From NCBI GenBank assembly GCA_041695225.1, contig JBGFRI010000010.1, positions 1-50,402 on the forward strand: a stretch of DNA of 50,402 nt. The letters run 5' to 3'. This DNA is from Deinococcota bacterium. Its GTDB lineage: Bacteria; Deinococcota; Deinococci; Deinococcales; Thermaceae. The notes below the pieces were generated by a model. It had not been told where the DNA came from. It did not search any database and saw only the letters and a program-made list of their open reading frames with translations. Positions 20,659-30,583 of this stretch are shown in pieces. Position numbers and translations under genes: made by a program. Position 1 is the stretch's first letter, and every line of letters starts with the position of its first letter.

Positions 20659-21303
20659 TTACCCCGACGCCTGGCAGTCACAAGTGGCCCCGTTGGCCTT
20701 GGCAAAGGCCTCGCGGCCCTCGCTGAAGGAAAGATAGGCCAGCCCCAGCGCCCCCAGGCTGTCCACGAACCAGATGCCGCTCACGGCATAGATCAGGCTT
20801 GAAGCCAGCAGCACCCCCGACATGTACAAGCAGACCCGCGCACACCTGGCATCGGCCAGGATGGCTTCTGAACCCAGGGCCCGCCCTGTTCGGGTTTTGT
20901 AATGAATCAGCGTCCACATAAACGATATGGAGACAAGGGCGATGATCACCCCGGCCACGGTAGTCTCGGGTTTGTGCCCGGTGGCTAGGTTGTGGACAGC
21001 CATGCCCACCAGAATCACCATTAGGCCATAGAAGCCTGTTCCGGTGATCTGCAGGGCGGTCTTTTCGAAGCGCCCCTTAGGGGCTCCCGGGTGGCGCCAG
21101 ATGCGCAGCACCATGGCCAGAATGCCCAGTCCTGAGATCATCTCAATGAAGCTAACCTGGCCAAACCCAAAAAGCGCCAGCGATTCACCGGTAATGCCGA
21201 ACCAGACCGCGACCAGCCACTCGAACAGGTTGTAGACAACAGTCAGAACCGCTAACCAGAGGGCCAGCCGATACCATCGGTTCTGATGTGGCGCCAGGAG
21301 CAT
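20659..21303 (-). CDS. Cation-efflux (CDF-like) membrane transporter, TM domain only
   Basis: About 6 TM helices, SLALFGFG..SFIE, ILADA, DSLGAL; C-terminal CDC. Confidence 0.75.
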   Translation of the reverse strand: MLLAPHQNRWYRLALWLAVLTVVYNLFEWLVAVWFGITGESLALFGFGQVSFIEMISGLGILAMVLRIWRHPGAPKGRFEKTALQITGTGFYGLMVILVGMAVHNLATGHKPETTVAGVIIALVSISFMWTLIHYKTRTGRALGSEAILADARCARVCLYMSGVLLASSLIYAVSGIWFVDSLGALGLAYLSFSEGREAFAKANGATCDCQASG

Positions 21304-21400
21304 ATCTCCAGACTACACTAGCAAAACAGGGGAATCTGTACCCTCAGCAACTCGAATACTGCCGGTTCAAGGTCATAGCGGCCCGGGGCGACTGACCGGT

Positions 21401-21697
21401 TTACTCTGGTTCCATAATACACTGCAGGGGGTGGCCCTCGGCGCTCGCTGCATCCATTACCTGGTTGACCTTGGTCTCGGCAATCTCAAAGGGATAAACC
21501 CCTGCTACACCTACCCCTGCACGGTGTACCTGCAGCATAACCTGCGTGGCCTCGAGCTCGCTTTTCTTGAAATACCGCATCAAGACTTCCACCACAAAGT
21601 CCATGGGGGTGTAGTCGTCATTGAGCAACAGCACCCGGTACATGGCCGGGGTGCGGGTTGCTGATCGGGGCTGGGTGCGGGTAAGGCTATCACTCAC
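21401..21697 (-). CDS. clpS: Clp protease adaptor ClpS
   Basis: [31 protein letters not shown]. Confidence 0.96.
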   Translation of the reverse strand: MSDSLTRTQPRSATRTPAMYRVLLLNDDYTPMDFVVEVLMRYFKKSELEATQVMLQVHRAGVGVAGVYPFEIAETKVNQVMDAASAEGHPLQCIMEPE

Positions 21698-21709
21698 AAC
21701 ATTTTAGTT

Positions 21710-21917
21710 TAGCAAAAGCCATGAGCCCACAGCTAATAGCCGATAGTCTATAGCCCATAGCCAATAGCTGATCGTTTTTGACTTGAGACCTGAGGCATCT
21801 AATGAGTCGATAGTCAATGGTCGATAGCCTATGGTCAATGGCTGATAGCTGATAGTTTTTGGCCCTCGACCTGCGACTTGCGACTTGTGACCTTCGACTA
21901 ACTTCTGACCTGCGACC
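21710..21917. repeat. Composite heptamer array
   Basis: 49-bp core in reverse complement at 21801-21849; GACCTGC and GACTTGC units. Confidence 0.93.
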
Positions 21918-21979
21918 AGGGTGAGTTGCAGGAGGTTCAAGCTACTTTTGCTTTAGGGCCAGGTGGCTAGGCTAGGAGG

Positions 21980-24031
21980 GTGGCAAACCGTTTAGCCAAC
22001 GAGACCAGCCCTTATTTGTTGCAACACGCCCATAACCCGGTGGACTGGTACCCCTGGGGCGAGGAAGCCTTTGCCAAAGCCAGGGCCGAGAACAAGCCCA
22101 TTTTTCTGTCGGTAGGGTATGCCACCTGCCACTGGTGCCACGTGATGGAGCGCGAGAGTTTTGAAGACCCGGAGGTGGCCCGGATTTTGAATACCCAGTT
22201 TGTGCCCATCAAGGTAGACCGCGAGGAACTGCCCGACGTGGACCAGATCTACATGTCGGCCCTGCAGGCCATGACCGGCGCCGGCGGCTGGCCCATGAAC
22301 ATGTTTTTGCTGCCCGACCTGCGTCCCTTTTATGGCGGAACCTACTGGCCGCCCGAAGATCGCCAGGGCTTGCCCAGCTTCCGCCGGGTGCTGGCCGGGA
22401 TAAACCATGCCTGGCAGCAGCAGCAAAAAGAGGTTTGGGAGAATGCCGAGCAGCTCACCAACCACTTGAATAGCCAGCTACAGCCTCAAAGGGGTTCTCT
22501 GCCCGTCAATCTACACGAGACTGCCCTGGCCGAACTATCCAGGTCATTTGACCAGACCAACGGCGGCTTTGGCACTGCTCCCAAGTTTCCTCACTCGCCG
22601 GCACTGCTCTATTTGCTCTCACTGGCCTGGTTGGGGAACGAGGCCGCCTGGAAGCACCTGCAACTCACCCTCGACCGGATGGCCGAGGGCGGCATCTACG
22701 ACCAGGTGGGGGGCGGGTTTCACCGCTACGCCGTGGACAGCATCTGGCGGGTGCCACACTTCGAAAAGATGCTCTACGACAATGCCCAGTTGGCCTTAGT
22801 CTATGCCGCGGCCAGTGTGCATGCCCGAGGTAGTGAACTTACGCTTACAGCAACTTTTAACCATGCGCGCCCGCTGAACGAGCTAGCCGGCAGATACCGG
22901 CGGGTTGCCATGGAGACGCTGGACTATGTGTTGCGCGAGATGACCGGTCCAGAGGGCGAGTTCTGGTCGGCGCAGGATGCCGATTCAGAGGGTGTAGAGG
23001 GGAAGTTCTACGTCTGGCAGGAGTCCGAGATCCGCCAGGCCCTGGACGCGGAGGCCGACGCGGCGATAAAGCTCTTTGGGGTCACGCAGGCCGGGAACTG
23101 GGAGCACAGCAATGTGCTAGAGCGCCGCTTTCCCGATCAGGCCATGATGCAGAGCCTGGGCATGGGGAAAGAAGCCTACGAGAACTGGGTGAGCAGTGTT
23201 CGCGAGCGCTTGTACGAGATGCGCAAGAAGCGGGTCTGGCCACTTACCGACGACAAGGTTCTGGCCGACTGGAATGGCCTGATGCTACGGGCCTTTGCCG
23301 AGGCTGGGCGCCTGTTAGAGGAGGCCCGATACCTCGAGGCCGCACGCAGAAACGCAGCTTTTGTGCTGAAGGAGATGCACCAGGAGGGGCTCCTTAGGCA
23401 TTCCTGGCGCAAAGGCCAGCTCAAGCCCCAGGCCTATCTGAGCGACCAGGCCAGCTACGGGCTGGGCCTGCTGGCGCTGTACCAGGCCACCGGAGAGATG
23501 GACTGGCTTAGCGCTGCCCGGCAGCTTGCCGAGGCCATTCTGGCCCGGTTTAAAGAGCCAGACGGCAGCTTCCGCGACTCGCTGGACGATACTCTGCCGC
23601 TCAAAGCCAGGGATGCCCACGATGGGCCATATCCCTCGGGCAGCGCCTCGGCGGCCGAGCTCTTGTTCCGGCTGGCGGCTTTGTACGAGCGCCCAGACTG
23701 GCACCAGGCGGCGGTGTCGGCGGTGGAGTGTTACGCCCAGAGCTTGAGCCGCAGGGCTTTTGGCTTTGGGGCCCTGCTCTATGCCCATCTGGTTGGCGTC
23801 AGGGGAACCGAGCTGGCGGTAATGACGCCAGCGGAGACCTTTTACCCTATTCGGGCCTGGCTCTTGCCGCTGACCACCCTGGCCTGGGGCCCACCGGATA
23901 CGCTGCCTGTACTGCAAAACCGCCGGCCTGGTCTGGCCTATTTGTGCCAGCAAGGGGCCTGCCGCCTACCTGCTGAGAGCCTCGAGCAGCTTCGTGCCGA
24001 GCTAAAAACTCTGTATGCACTGGGTAACTGA
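21980..24031 (+). CDS. YyaL/SSP411 thioredoxin-domain protein
   Basis: [50 protein letters not shown]. Confidence 0.95.
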   Translation: MANRLANETSPYLLQHAHNPVDWYPWGEEAFAKARAENKPIFLSVGYATCHWCHVMERESFEDPEVARILNTQFVPIKVDREELPDVDQIYMSALQAMTGAGGWPMNMFLLPDLRPFYGGTYWPPEDRQGLPSFRRVLAGINHAWQQQQKEVWENAEQLTNHLNSQLQPQRGSLPVNLHETALAELSRSFDQTNGGFGTAPKFPHSPALLYLLSLAWLGNEAAWKHLQLTLDRMAEGGIYDQVGGGFHRYAVDSIWRVPHFEKMLYDNAQLALVYAAASVHARGSELTLTATFNHARPLNELAGRYRRVAMETLDYVLREMTGPEGEFWSAQDADSEGVEGKFYVWQESEIRQALDAEADAAIKLFGVTQAGNWEHSNVLERRFPDQAMMQSLGMGKEAYENWVSSVRERLYEMRKKRVWPLTDDKVLADWNGLMLRAFAEAGRLLEEARYLEAARRNAAFVLKEMHQEGLLRHSWRKGQLKPQAYLSDQASYGLGLLALYQATGEMDWLSAARQLAEAILARFKEPDGSFRDSLDDTLPLKARDAHDGPYPSGSASAAELLFRLAALYERPDWHQAAVSAVECYAQSLSRRAFGFGALLYAHLVGVRGTELAVMTPAETFYPIRAWLLPLTTLAWGPPDTLPVLQNRRPGLAYLCQQGACRLPAESLEQLRAELKTLYALGN

Positions 24032-24036
24032 GTGGC

Positions 24037-24231
24037 CGAGGCTTGCCCTGAGCCTTGCCCTGAGCCCGTCGAAGGAGCCTGCCCTGAGCCTGCCGAAGGG
24101 GCAGTCGAAGGGATGCGAAAGATTAATCTATGGACCAAATGATGAGGTTGCCGGGGATGCGGATGATCAATCTGTCCCGGCGTGACCAGGTTACTCGCAT
24201 AGCGAGTATGCGCTACGCGCACCCCCTCGGT
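24037..24231. repeat. Mosaic of REP-like palindromes
   Basis: GCC/GCTTGCCCTGAGCC..CGAAGG tandem units, GGATGCG.A.GAT.AATC x2, and a hairpin unit 24187-24231 also found inside sbcC. Confidence 0.78.
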
Positions 24232-24292
24232 GTGAATCTGATTAACGGGCTTATGCACCAGAAACCCACCCGCAGAGGAATAAGCTAGGTAG

Positions 24293-25057
24293 ATGCGGGT
24301 ACTTTTTGTGGGCGATGTCTTTGGTGACCCTGGTTTGCGGGTGGCGGCGATGCACCTGCCCGATCTGCGGCCTCAGTACAACCTGATCATTGTCAATGGT
24401 GAGAACGCCCACAATGGCAAAGGGCTGTCTAAACCTGCCTACAAAAAACTGCGCGATGCTGGAGCAGACCTCATTACCCTGGGCAACCACGCCTGGGACC
24501 ACAAAGATGTCTACGAACTGCTTCAGACCGAACCCATCATCCGCCCCCTCAACTACCCCCCCGGTACCCCGGGCAAGGGGCACTGGCTACTGGAAGCCGC
24601 TGGCGAGCGGCTGCTGGTGATCCAGGTGATGGGGCAGGTAAACATGGGGCTCAACCTGTATGACCCCTTTCGTACTGCCGAGGCGCTGCTGGCCGAGGTG
24701 GATCACGATTATGCCCTGCTCGAGGTTCACGCCGAGGCCACCAGCGAGAAGTATGCCCTGGGCTACTACCTGGGAGGCAAGGTTGCCGCCTTGCTGGGCA
24801 CCCATACCCATGTCCAGACCGCCGATGCCGGCTTTCTGGCCAATGGCACTGCCTTCCAGTGCGACGTGGGTATGACCGGCCCCAGCCACTCGATTATCGG
24901 AGGGGAAATTGAAAGTTTTCTGGGACGCTTCACAACCCAGCGGCCTACCCCTTTCAGGGCAGCCCCGGGCAGAGCTATGCTTTGCGCTACCGAGCTGGTG
25001 TTGCGGGGCGGCAGGTGCGTTCAGATTCGGCCCATGCGCTGGGATGAGCCAGAGTAG
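24293..25057 (+). CDS. YmdB-family metallophosphoesterase
   Basis: GDVFG, NGEN, TLGNHAWD, HAEATSEK, GTHTHVQTAD, DVGMTG. Confidence 0.94.
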   Translation: MRVLFVGDVFGDPGLRVAAMHLPDLRPQYNLIIVNGENAHNGKGLSKPAYKKLRDAGADLITLGNHAWDHKDVYELLQTEPIIRPLNYPPGTPGKGHWLLEAAGERLLVIQVMGQVNMGLNLYDPFRTAEALLAEVDHDYALLEVHAEATSEKYALGYYLGGKVAALLGTHTHVQTADAGFLANGTAFQCDVGMTGPSHSIIGGEIESFLGRFTTQRPTPFRAAPGRAMLCATELVLRGGRCVQIRPMRWDEPE

Positions 25058-25262
25058 AAGGTCGAAGGTCTAGGGTCGAGGGTCGAGGGTCGAAGGACTA
25101 AAGTCGAAGGTTGCAGGTCTCAGGTCGCAGGTCAAAAGCTATCAGCTATTGGCTATCAGCCATTGACCATAGGCTATCGACCATTGACTATCGACTCATT
25201 AGATGTCTCAGGTCGCAGGTCTCAAGTCAAAAGCTATCAGCTATGGGCTATAAGCTATCGGC
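25058..25262. repeat. Composite heptamer array; 20 units in unbroken 7-nt register 25061-25200
   Basis: Fills the gap from the ymdB stop to just before ggt; 49-bp core at 25152-25200. Confidence 0.95.
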
Positions 25263-25277
25263 ATTTATATTTAGGTC

Positions 25278-26867
25278 ATGGACCTCAACCTGTACCCCTA
25301 CCCCTCTCGGCGAAACCTGGTGCTGGGCAAGCGTGGCGCGGTGGCTACCAGCCAGCCCCAGGCGGCCCTGGCAGGGATGGAGATGCTGCTGGCGAGGGGT
25401 AATGCGGTGGATGCCGCGGTAGCCATGGCGGCTGCTCTGAGCGTACTCGAGCCCACCTCCAACGGCATTGGGTCGGATGCTTTTGCCCTGGTGCATGACG
25501 GCCAGAGACTCCACGGCCTGGACGCTAGCGGCAAGAGCCCCGCTGGGCTGGACAGGCAGACTTTCGCCGGTAGTGGACAGGTACCCACCCGGGGCTGGCT
25601 TCCGGTCACGGTACCAGGCGCGCCGTCGGCCTGGTGGGCACTGCACCAGAGGTTTGGCAGACTGCCCTTCGAGCAGCTCTTCGAACCCGCCATTCGCTAT
25701 GCCCAGGAGGGCTTTGCCCTAACCCCCGAAACCGGGCGTAACTGGGCTCGTGCCGAGGCTATCTTTGGCCCGCTGAGCGAGAGCTGTTTCCAACCCTTCA
25801 AGGAAGTCTTCCTGCCTGGTGGCAGGGCTCCCAGGCCCGGCGAGGTCTGGCAGAGCCCTCCCCACGCCCAGACTTTGCGTGAGATTGCCCGCTCCGGCGC
25901 AGAAAGTTTTTACCGGGGCCGGCTGGCAGACCAGATTGCCGAGTTCGCTGCGTCTACCGGAGGCTACCTGACCCGCGCCGACCTGTCCGCGCACCGATCT
26001 GAGTGGGTGGAGCCCATCTCGCTGCCCTACCGGGGGCTCGAGGTTCACCAGATGCCCCCGCCCACTCAGGGAATGACGGCCCTGATGGCCCTGGGCATTC
26101 TGGAGGGTTTCGAGCTGGGCCGCTACCCACGCGATTCGGTTGAGGCTGTGCACCTGCAGCTCGAGGCCATCAAACTGGCCTTTGCCGATGTGCAACGATA
26201 CCTGGGAGACCCGCGCTTCATGACCGTTTCGGCCCCCGAGCTGCTCGACCCCAGCTACCTGGCCCAGCGCCGCACGCTGATTGGGGAGCGCGCCCTGCCA
26301 GCCCAGGCCGGCACTCCCAGAGGCGGCACGGTCTACCTGTGCGCGGCCGACGGCGAGTTACAGGTTTCCCTGATCCAGTCTAACTACATGGGTTTTGGAG
26401 CGGGCATTCTGGTCGCTGGGACCGGTATCTCTTTGCAAAATCGTGGGGCTGGTTTTGTGCTGGATGAGGGCCATCCCAACCAGTATGCCCCGGCCAAGAG
26501 ACCATTTCACACCATCATCCCAGGCTTTCTTACCCGCCAGGGCAGGCCACTGGGGCCGTTTGGGGTGATGGGCGGTCATATGCAGCCCCAGGGTCATCTG
26601 CAGGTGGTAGTAAACCTGGAAGACTATGGCATGAACCCCCAGGCAGCCCTGGACGCACCGCGCTGGCAGTGGAGGCAGGGGCGGCAGATTGACCTCGAGC
26701 CCAGCTTTCCGTCACACCTGGTATACGGCCTCAAAGAGCGCGGCCACGAGGTCAGCCTGCAGCCCGAATGGGCTGCTTTTGGCCGGGGCCAGATCATCCT
26801 GAGATCAAAGGACGCGTTTCTGGCCGCCAGCGAACCCCGCGCCGACGGCCTGGCCCTGGCCTGGTGA
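25278..26867 (+). CDS. ggt: Gamma-glutamyltransferase family protein
   Basis: GNAVDAAVA, nucleophile GTVYL, SLIQSNY, KRPFHTIIPG, GVMGGHMQPQG. Confidence 0.93.
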   Translation: MDLNLYPYPSRRNLVLGKRGAVATSQPQAALAGMEMLLARGNAVDAAVAMAAALSVLEPTSNGIGSDAFALVHDGQRLHGLDASGKSPAGLDRQTFAGSGQVPTRGWLPVTVPGAPSAWWALHQRFGRLPFEQLFEPAIRYAQEGFALTPETGRNWARAEAIFGPLSESCFQPFKEVFLPGGRAPRPGEVWQSPPHAQTLREIARSGAESFYRGRLADQIAEFAASTGGYLTRADLSAHRSEWVEPISLPYRGLEVHQMPPPTQGMTALMALGILEGFELGRYPRDSVEAVHLQLEAIKLAFADVQRYLGDPRFMTVSAPELLDPSYLAQRRTLIGERALPAQAGTPRGGTVYLCAADGELQVSLIQSNYMGFGAGILVAGTGISLQNRGAGFVLDEGHPNQYAPAKRPFHTIIPGFLTRQGRPLGPFGVMGGHMQPQGHLQVVVNLEDYGMNPQAALDAPRWQWRQGRQIDLEPSFPSHLVYGLKERGHEVSLQPEWAAFGRGQIILRSKDAFLAASEPRADGLALAW

Positions 26868-26877
26868 GGGCACTTAG

Positions 26878-27096
26878 CTAGTCCAGGTCCTGGTCGTCCA
26901 GCCGGAACCCTACCAGCAAGGTAACCTGATAGCTGCTAACCTTACCATCACTCAGGCTACCGCGGATCTCTTTGACCTCGAACCAGTCCAGATTACGCAG
27001 GGTTTTGTCGGCTCGCGCCAGGGCGACTTTGATGGCATCTTCAATGCCCTCTGCACTGCTGCCTACCAGCTCTACTTTTTTGTAGACCTTGCTCAT
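26878..27096 (-). CDS. Dodecin (flavin-binding)
   Basis: VYKKVELVGSS..GIEDAI..A..RA.KTLRNLDWFEV..IRG...YQV.L.VGF; RBS AGGAGG. Confidence 0.95.
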   Translation of the reverse strand: MSKVYKKVELVGSSAEGIEDAIKVALARADKTLRNLDWFEVKEIRGSLSDGKVSSYQVTLLVGFRLDDQDLD

Positions 27097-27249
27097 ACTC
27101 TTCCTCCTGTGTCCTAAAGGGTAGCACTCTAGCCTGAGGGACAGATGGCCTATGTTGCCGATGGCCTTCCACCCCGGCCCTTCAGTAAGAACACGGGGAG
27201 ATTGGTGTTGATGATGCAGCGCTTAGCCCTCAGCCTGTGGCCATGTTAT

Positions 27250-28206
27250 TTAGGCTTTACCCAGAATCTTGTCAATTTGCGCGAGTGCCTCCTGGGGCAG
27301 ATCCAGGCCGGCAGCACCCAGGCTTTCTTCAAGCTGTTCGGGTCGGGTGGCGCCGGTGATGGCGCTGCTCACGCCTTTTTGTCGCAAGACCCAGGCCAGG
27401 GCTAGCTGGGTACGGCTCAGGCCCAGTTCGCTGGCGACCCGCTTCAAGGCTTTGACCCGCTTGACATTTTCTTCGGTCAGCATACGCTCGCCAAACTGAG
27501 GATACCGTTCAAAGCGGCTATCCTTAGGTATACCCTTGTCGTAGCGCCCGGTCAGCATACCCATGGCCAGCGGGCTCCAGACCACCATACCCAGCCCAAA
27601 CCGTTCGGTTTCGGGCAGTATTTCCTGTTCTACGCGCTCCCGATACAGCATTGAGTACTGCGGCTGCTCGACCACCGGGGGGTGTAGTCCGTTGGCCCGG
27701 GCAAAGTTCACCGCCTCGGCAATCCGAGCCGCCGGCCACTCCGAACTCCCCCAGTAAAGCACCTTTCCCCGGTCTACCAGACTGCTCATGCTGCTGACGA
27801 TCTCTTCCATGGGCACTTCGGGGTCCCAACGGTGGCAGAAGTAGAGATCGAGATACTCAGTGCCCATGCGCTTCAGGCTTCGATCAATGCTCTCCCAGAT
27901 GTGTTTGCGTGAAAGACCGCGCCCATTGGCGTCGTTGCCGGTAGGCCAGAAGACCTTGCTCGACAGGACCAGCTCGTGGCGAGGGAACTGATCCAGGAGC
28001 GCTTTGCTCATCAGCTCTTCGGCCAGTCCCTTGGCGTACACATCGGCGTTGTCGAAAAAATTTACCCCGCCCTCGTAGGCGATGCGGGTGATTTGCTTGA
28101 TCTTTGCCAGATCGCCTACCGAATCGCCATAGGTGACCCAGGCCCCCAGCGATATCTCCGAAACCTTCAGACCCCACTGGCCCAGCTTGCGATAACGCAT
28201 TGGCAT
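27250..28206 (-). CDS. Aldo/keto reductase (Kv-beta-like)
   Basis: YRKLGQWGLKVSEISLG, FDNADVY, GLSRKHI, DLYFCHR, WSPLAMG. Confidence 0.93.
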   Translation of the reverse strand: MPMRYRKLGQWGLKVSEISLGAWVTYGDSVGDLAKIKQITRIAYEGGVNFFDNADVYAKGLAEELMSKALLDQFPRHELVLSSKVFWPTGNDANGRGLSRKHIWESIDRSLKRMGTEYLDLYFCHRWDPEVPMEEIVSSMSSLVDRGKVLYWGSSEWPAARIAEAVNFARANGLHPPVVEQPQYSMLYRERVEQEILPETERFGLGMVVWSPLAMGMLTGRYDKGIPKDSRFERYPQFGERMLTEENVKRVKALKRVASELGLSRTQLALAWVLRQKGVSSAITGATRPEQLEESLGAAGLDLPQEALAQIDKILGKA

Positions 28207-28351
28207 AAACTTGATATCCTCCGCCTGCTATCTTATCGCGTACGCTTCGACCGACCACCTACCGAGCTGGCCCCAATCTTTCGCTGGAGTCTTTGAGCTG
28301 CCCAGCCAACAGCGTCGCCTCTGGACAAACGCCTTGTTGTGGGAAATGCCG

Positions 28352-28681
28352 TCAGTAGACCCGTCCCCCCAGTGGTACTTCGCGCTCCACCGACAGCAGT
28401 ACCACCCGGCCATGCTGGTCGGGCAGGCCCAGCACCAGCACCTCGGATTTGAAGCCGGCAATGGTACGCACGCCCAGGTTGGTAGCACAGATCACCAGAC
28501 GCCCCACCAGGGCCTCGGGAGTGTAGAGCTCGGTTAGCTGGGCGCTGCTTTGCTTTGTTCCAAGCTCTCCCAGGTCTACCCATAGTTTGTACGAGGGCTT
28601 GCGGGCCTTTTCGAAAGGTTCGGCCCTTTGAATCCGCCCGACGCGTAGCTCTAGAAGCTGGAATGCTTCGTAAGGCGTCAT
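28352..28681 (-). CDS. csaA: CsaA / tRNA-binding OB-fold protein (alternative ATG at 28696)
   Basis: ELRVGRI, KARKPSYKL.VDLG, KQSSAQLT, SEVLVLG; the longer ORF-track start runs through a repeat array. Confidence 0.9.
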   Translation of the reverse strand: MTPYEAFQLLELRVGRIQRAEPFEKARKPSYKLWVDLGELGTKQSSAQLTELYTPEALVGRLVICATNLGVRTIAGFKSEVLVLGLPDQHGRVVLLSVEREVPLGGRVY

Positions 28682-28691
28682 GGCGTAAGTG

Positions 28692-28790
28692 TCCATGGTC
28701 GATAGTCGATAGTCAATACTCGATAGACCATAGACAATCGACCATAGACCATGGACTATAGACCTGCGACCTCGGACTCTACCCTCGACG
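28692..28790. repeat. Heptamer array (GTCGATA/GACCATA variants plus GACCTGC)
   Basis: gtcgatagtcgatagtcaatactcgatagaccatagacaatcgaccatagaccatggactatagacctgcgacc. Confidence 0.88.
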
Positions 28791-28815
28791 TTGGCTGCCC
28801 CATATACTCTTAGCT

Positions 28816-29127
28816 GTGCAACGCTTACTCGACCAGGCTGCAATTCTTATTCGGGATGCCCGCGAACTTTCAGCCGAGCAGGCCACCGGCTTGCTGAAAG
28901 AAGCGGTGGCTCTGCTCGAGGCCGTTCGACCCAGCAAGGAACGTGATGGCATGCTGGCCCTGGCCTTTTTGCGGCTGGCCCAGATGCAGCGACACCTGGG
29001 TAAGCGCCACGATGCCGAGCGGGCCTACATGCTGGGATACAGCTATGCCCGCACCTCGAGGGAAGAGCGGGTGCGCCGTCTGGCAGAAAGGCTTGCCGAG
29101 GAGTTCAACCACAAAGCGCAGGTCTAG
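28816..29127 (+). CDS. Hypothetical helical (TPR-like) protein
   Basis: 103 aa; GTG 7 nt after TATACT; TPR-like LAFLRLAQMQRHLGKRHDAERAY. Confidence 0.7.
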   Translation: MQRLLDQAAILIRDARELSAEQATGLLKEAVALLEAVRPSKERDGMLALAFLRLAQMQRHLGKRHDAERAYMLGYSYARTSREERVRRLAERLAEEFNHKAQV

Positions 29128-29202
29128 GTTGTTTGGCTACGAATCGGGTATTGTCGAATGGCTGCACGAAGGTGAAGCAGCTAGCCAGGAGGAAGAGCAA
29201 GA

Positions 29203-29640
29203 ATGGGTCAGGTTTTGGGTGACATAGCCGCAATTCTAATTGCGCTTTCGGCCGTGGCGGTCATTGTAGGGGTAGTTTTTATCAAGCGGGGCGACCGGGT
29301 CTGGCACCCTCGAGCCATGCTGGTTGCTACGGCTTTAGCAGCGCTTTTTCTGGTCTTCTACCTGCTCAAGTGGGGCCTTTTTGGAACCACCCGCTATGCA
29401 GGCCCCGAGGAGTGGCGCATGGCCTACTTTGCCCTCTTGATCAGCCATATTGTGCTGGCTGCTCTACATGGACCGATGGTCTTGTGGTTACTGTACAACG
29501 CATTCAAAAAGCGTTTTGCCATCCACAAAGCCTGGGCCCGCTGGGCGGTGCCGGTCTGGCTGTATATCGCTGCAACCGGCTGGGTTATTGACGTAATACT
29601 GCGCGTCCACGGCGAGCCAGCAGAGGGGATCAGGTTTTAG
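29203..29640 (+). CDS. DUF420-family membrane protein
   Basis: 4 TM helices, H..AM, LFLVFY, LISHIVLA, H..WARWAVPVWLY; RBS AGGAGG. Confidence 0.85.
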   Translation: MGQVLGDIAAILIALSAVAVIVGVVFIKRGDRVWHPRAMLVATALAALFLVFYLLKWGLFGTTRYAGPEEWRMAYFALLISHIVLAALHGPMVLWLLYNAFKKRFAIHKAWARWAVPVWLYIAATGWVIDVILRVHGEPAEGIRF

Positions 29641-29784
29641 GTGCTTTCATAGTGTATTGGTCGCGGCAACCAGGTCACCACCTGTGTGGGTGCTACAACC
29701 TGAGCCCAACATCCTGGCAGAAGGGCCACCGTGGCTTGCGCAACTCAACCGGGCGCAGATTAAAATCCCAAGGACCGCTGCAAT

Positions 29785-30327
29785 TTACCGCTTACCCCAG
29801 GCTTCCAGCACAATCTGCCCGTCGGTTATTCTGGCGCGCTCGGGGCCGCGGCTATGCTTCTGTCCATCGGGCGCCTGGGCTACCTGGCCCGCGATGCGAA
29901 TCTGCTTGGCCTCGAGGCTCATGGCCCAGATGGCAGCCTCTTCCTGTCCAGTAGCCCCGGCATGAGCCAGGCCGCGCAGCTTGCCCACCACAATGATGTC
30001 GCCTGCGGCGACTACCTCGGCGCCGGCATTAACGTCTCCCAGCACCACCACCGTTCCGGGAGACTCGACCCTGGTCCCAGAGCGCAGGGTGTGATCTATC
30101 ACCTCGGTGTAGGGGGTGTATTTTTTGCCGCGCTGGGGCCGAAGCTGCAAACCCCGGTCACGACCAAGCTCGAGCAACGCCTCCAGCACCCCCTGGGTCA
30201 CCACCCCGCCGACCTCCACCTCCAGGGGCAGATCTGGCAGCTCGATCAGCGCCTTGCGGAGCATCTCGGGGGTTTCGTTGCCGTCGAGCCTGACGGCCAG
30301 GGCTTTGAGGGTAGCGCGAATCCGCAT
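29785..30327 (-). CDS. minC: Septum site-determining protein MinC
   Basis: TLRSG..V...G.VVVLGDVNAGAEVVAAGDIIVVGKLRGLAHAGATG, QIRIA, PERA. Confidence 0.92.
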   Translation of the reverse strand: MRIRATLKALAVRLDGNETPEMLRKALIELPDLPLEVEVGGVVTQGVLEALLELGRDRGLQLRPQRGKKYTPYTEVIDHTLRSGTRVESPGTVVVLGDVNAGAEVVAAGDIIVVGKLRGLAHAGATGQEEAAIWAMSLEAKQIRIAGQVAQAPDGQKHSRGPERARITDGQIVLEAWGKR

Positions 30328-30380
30328 GCATAAAAGTTATACCAGAAAACCCGCTGTCTGCTCATCTGCACCGTGACCTG

Positions 30381-30583
30381 GCCGCAGGTCTCGGGTCTCA
30401 AGTCGCAGGTCAGAAGTTAGTCGAAGGTCTAAAGTCGAAGGTCGAAGGTCAGGAGTTAGTCGAGGGCCTAAGGTCGAGGGTCAAAAATCAGTCTCAGGTC
30501 AACAGCCATCAGCTATTGACTATCAGCTATTGGCTATGGGTTATAGGCTATCAGCTATGTGCTATCAGCTATGTGCTATCAGC
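30381..30583. repeat. Composite heptamer array; supplies the lpd stop codon
   Basis: 30402-30450 matches 18087-18135 (1 mismatch); 30473-30500 identical to 45400-45427; GCTATCA tract runs into the lpd TGA. Confidence 0.93.

Noticed and set aside
28682..28843. N-terminal extensions of csaA, pdhA, pdhB, E1 beta, E1 alpha, sbcC and sbcD in the ORF track
   Set aside because: Extensions run through repeats or leaders; better starts with RBS or -10 boxes lie downstream
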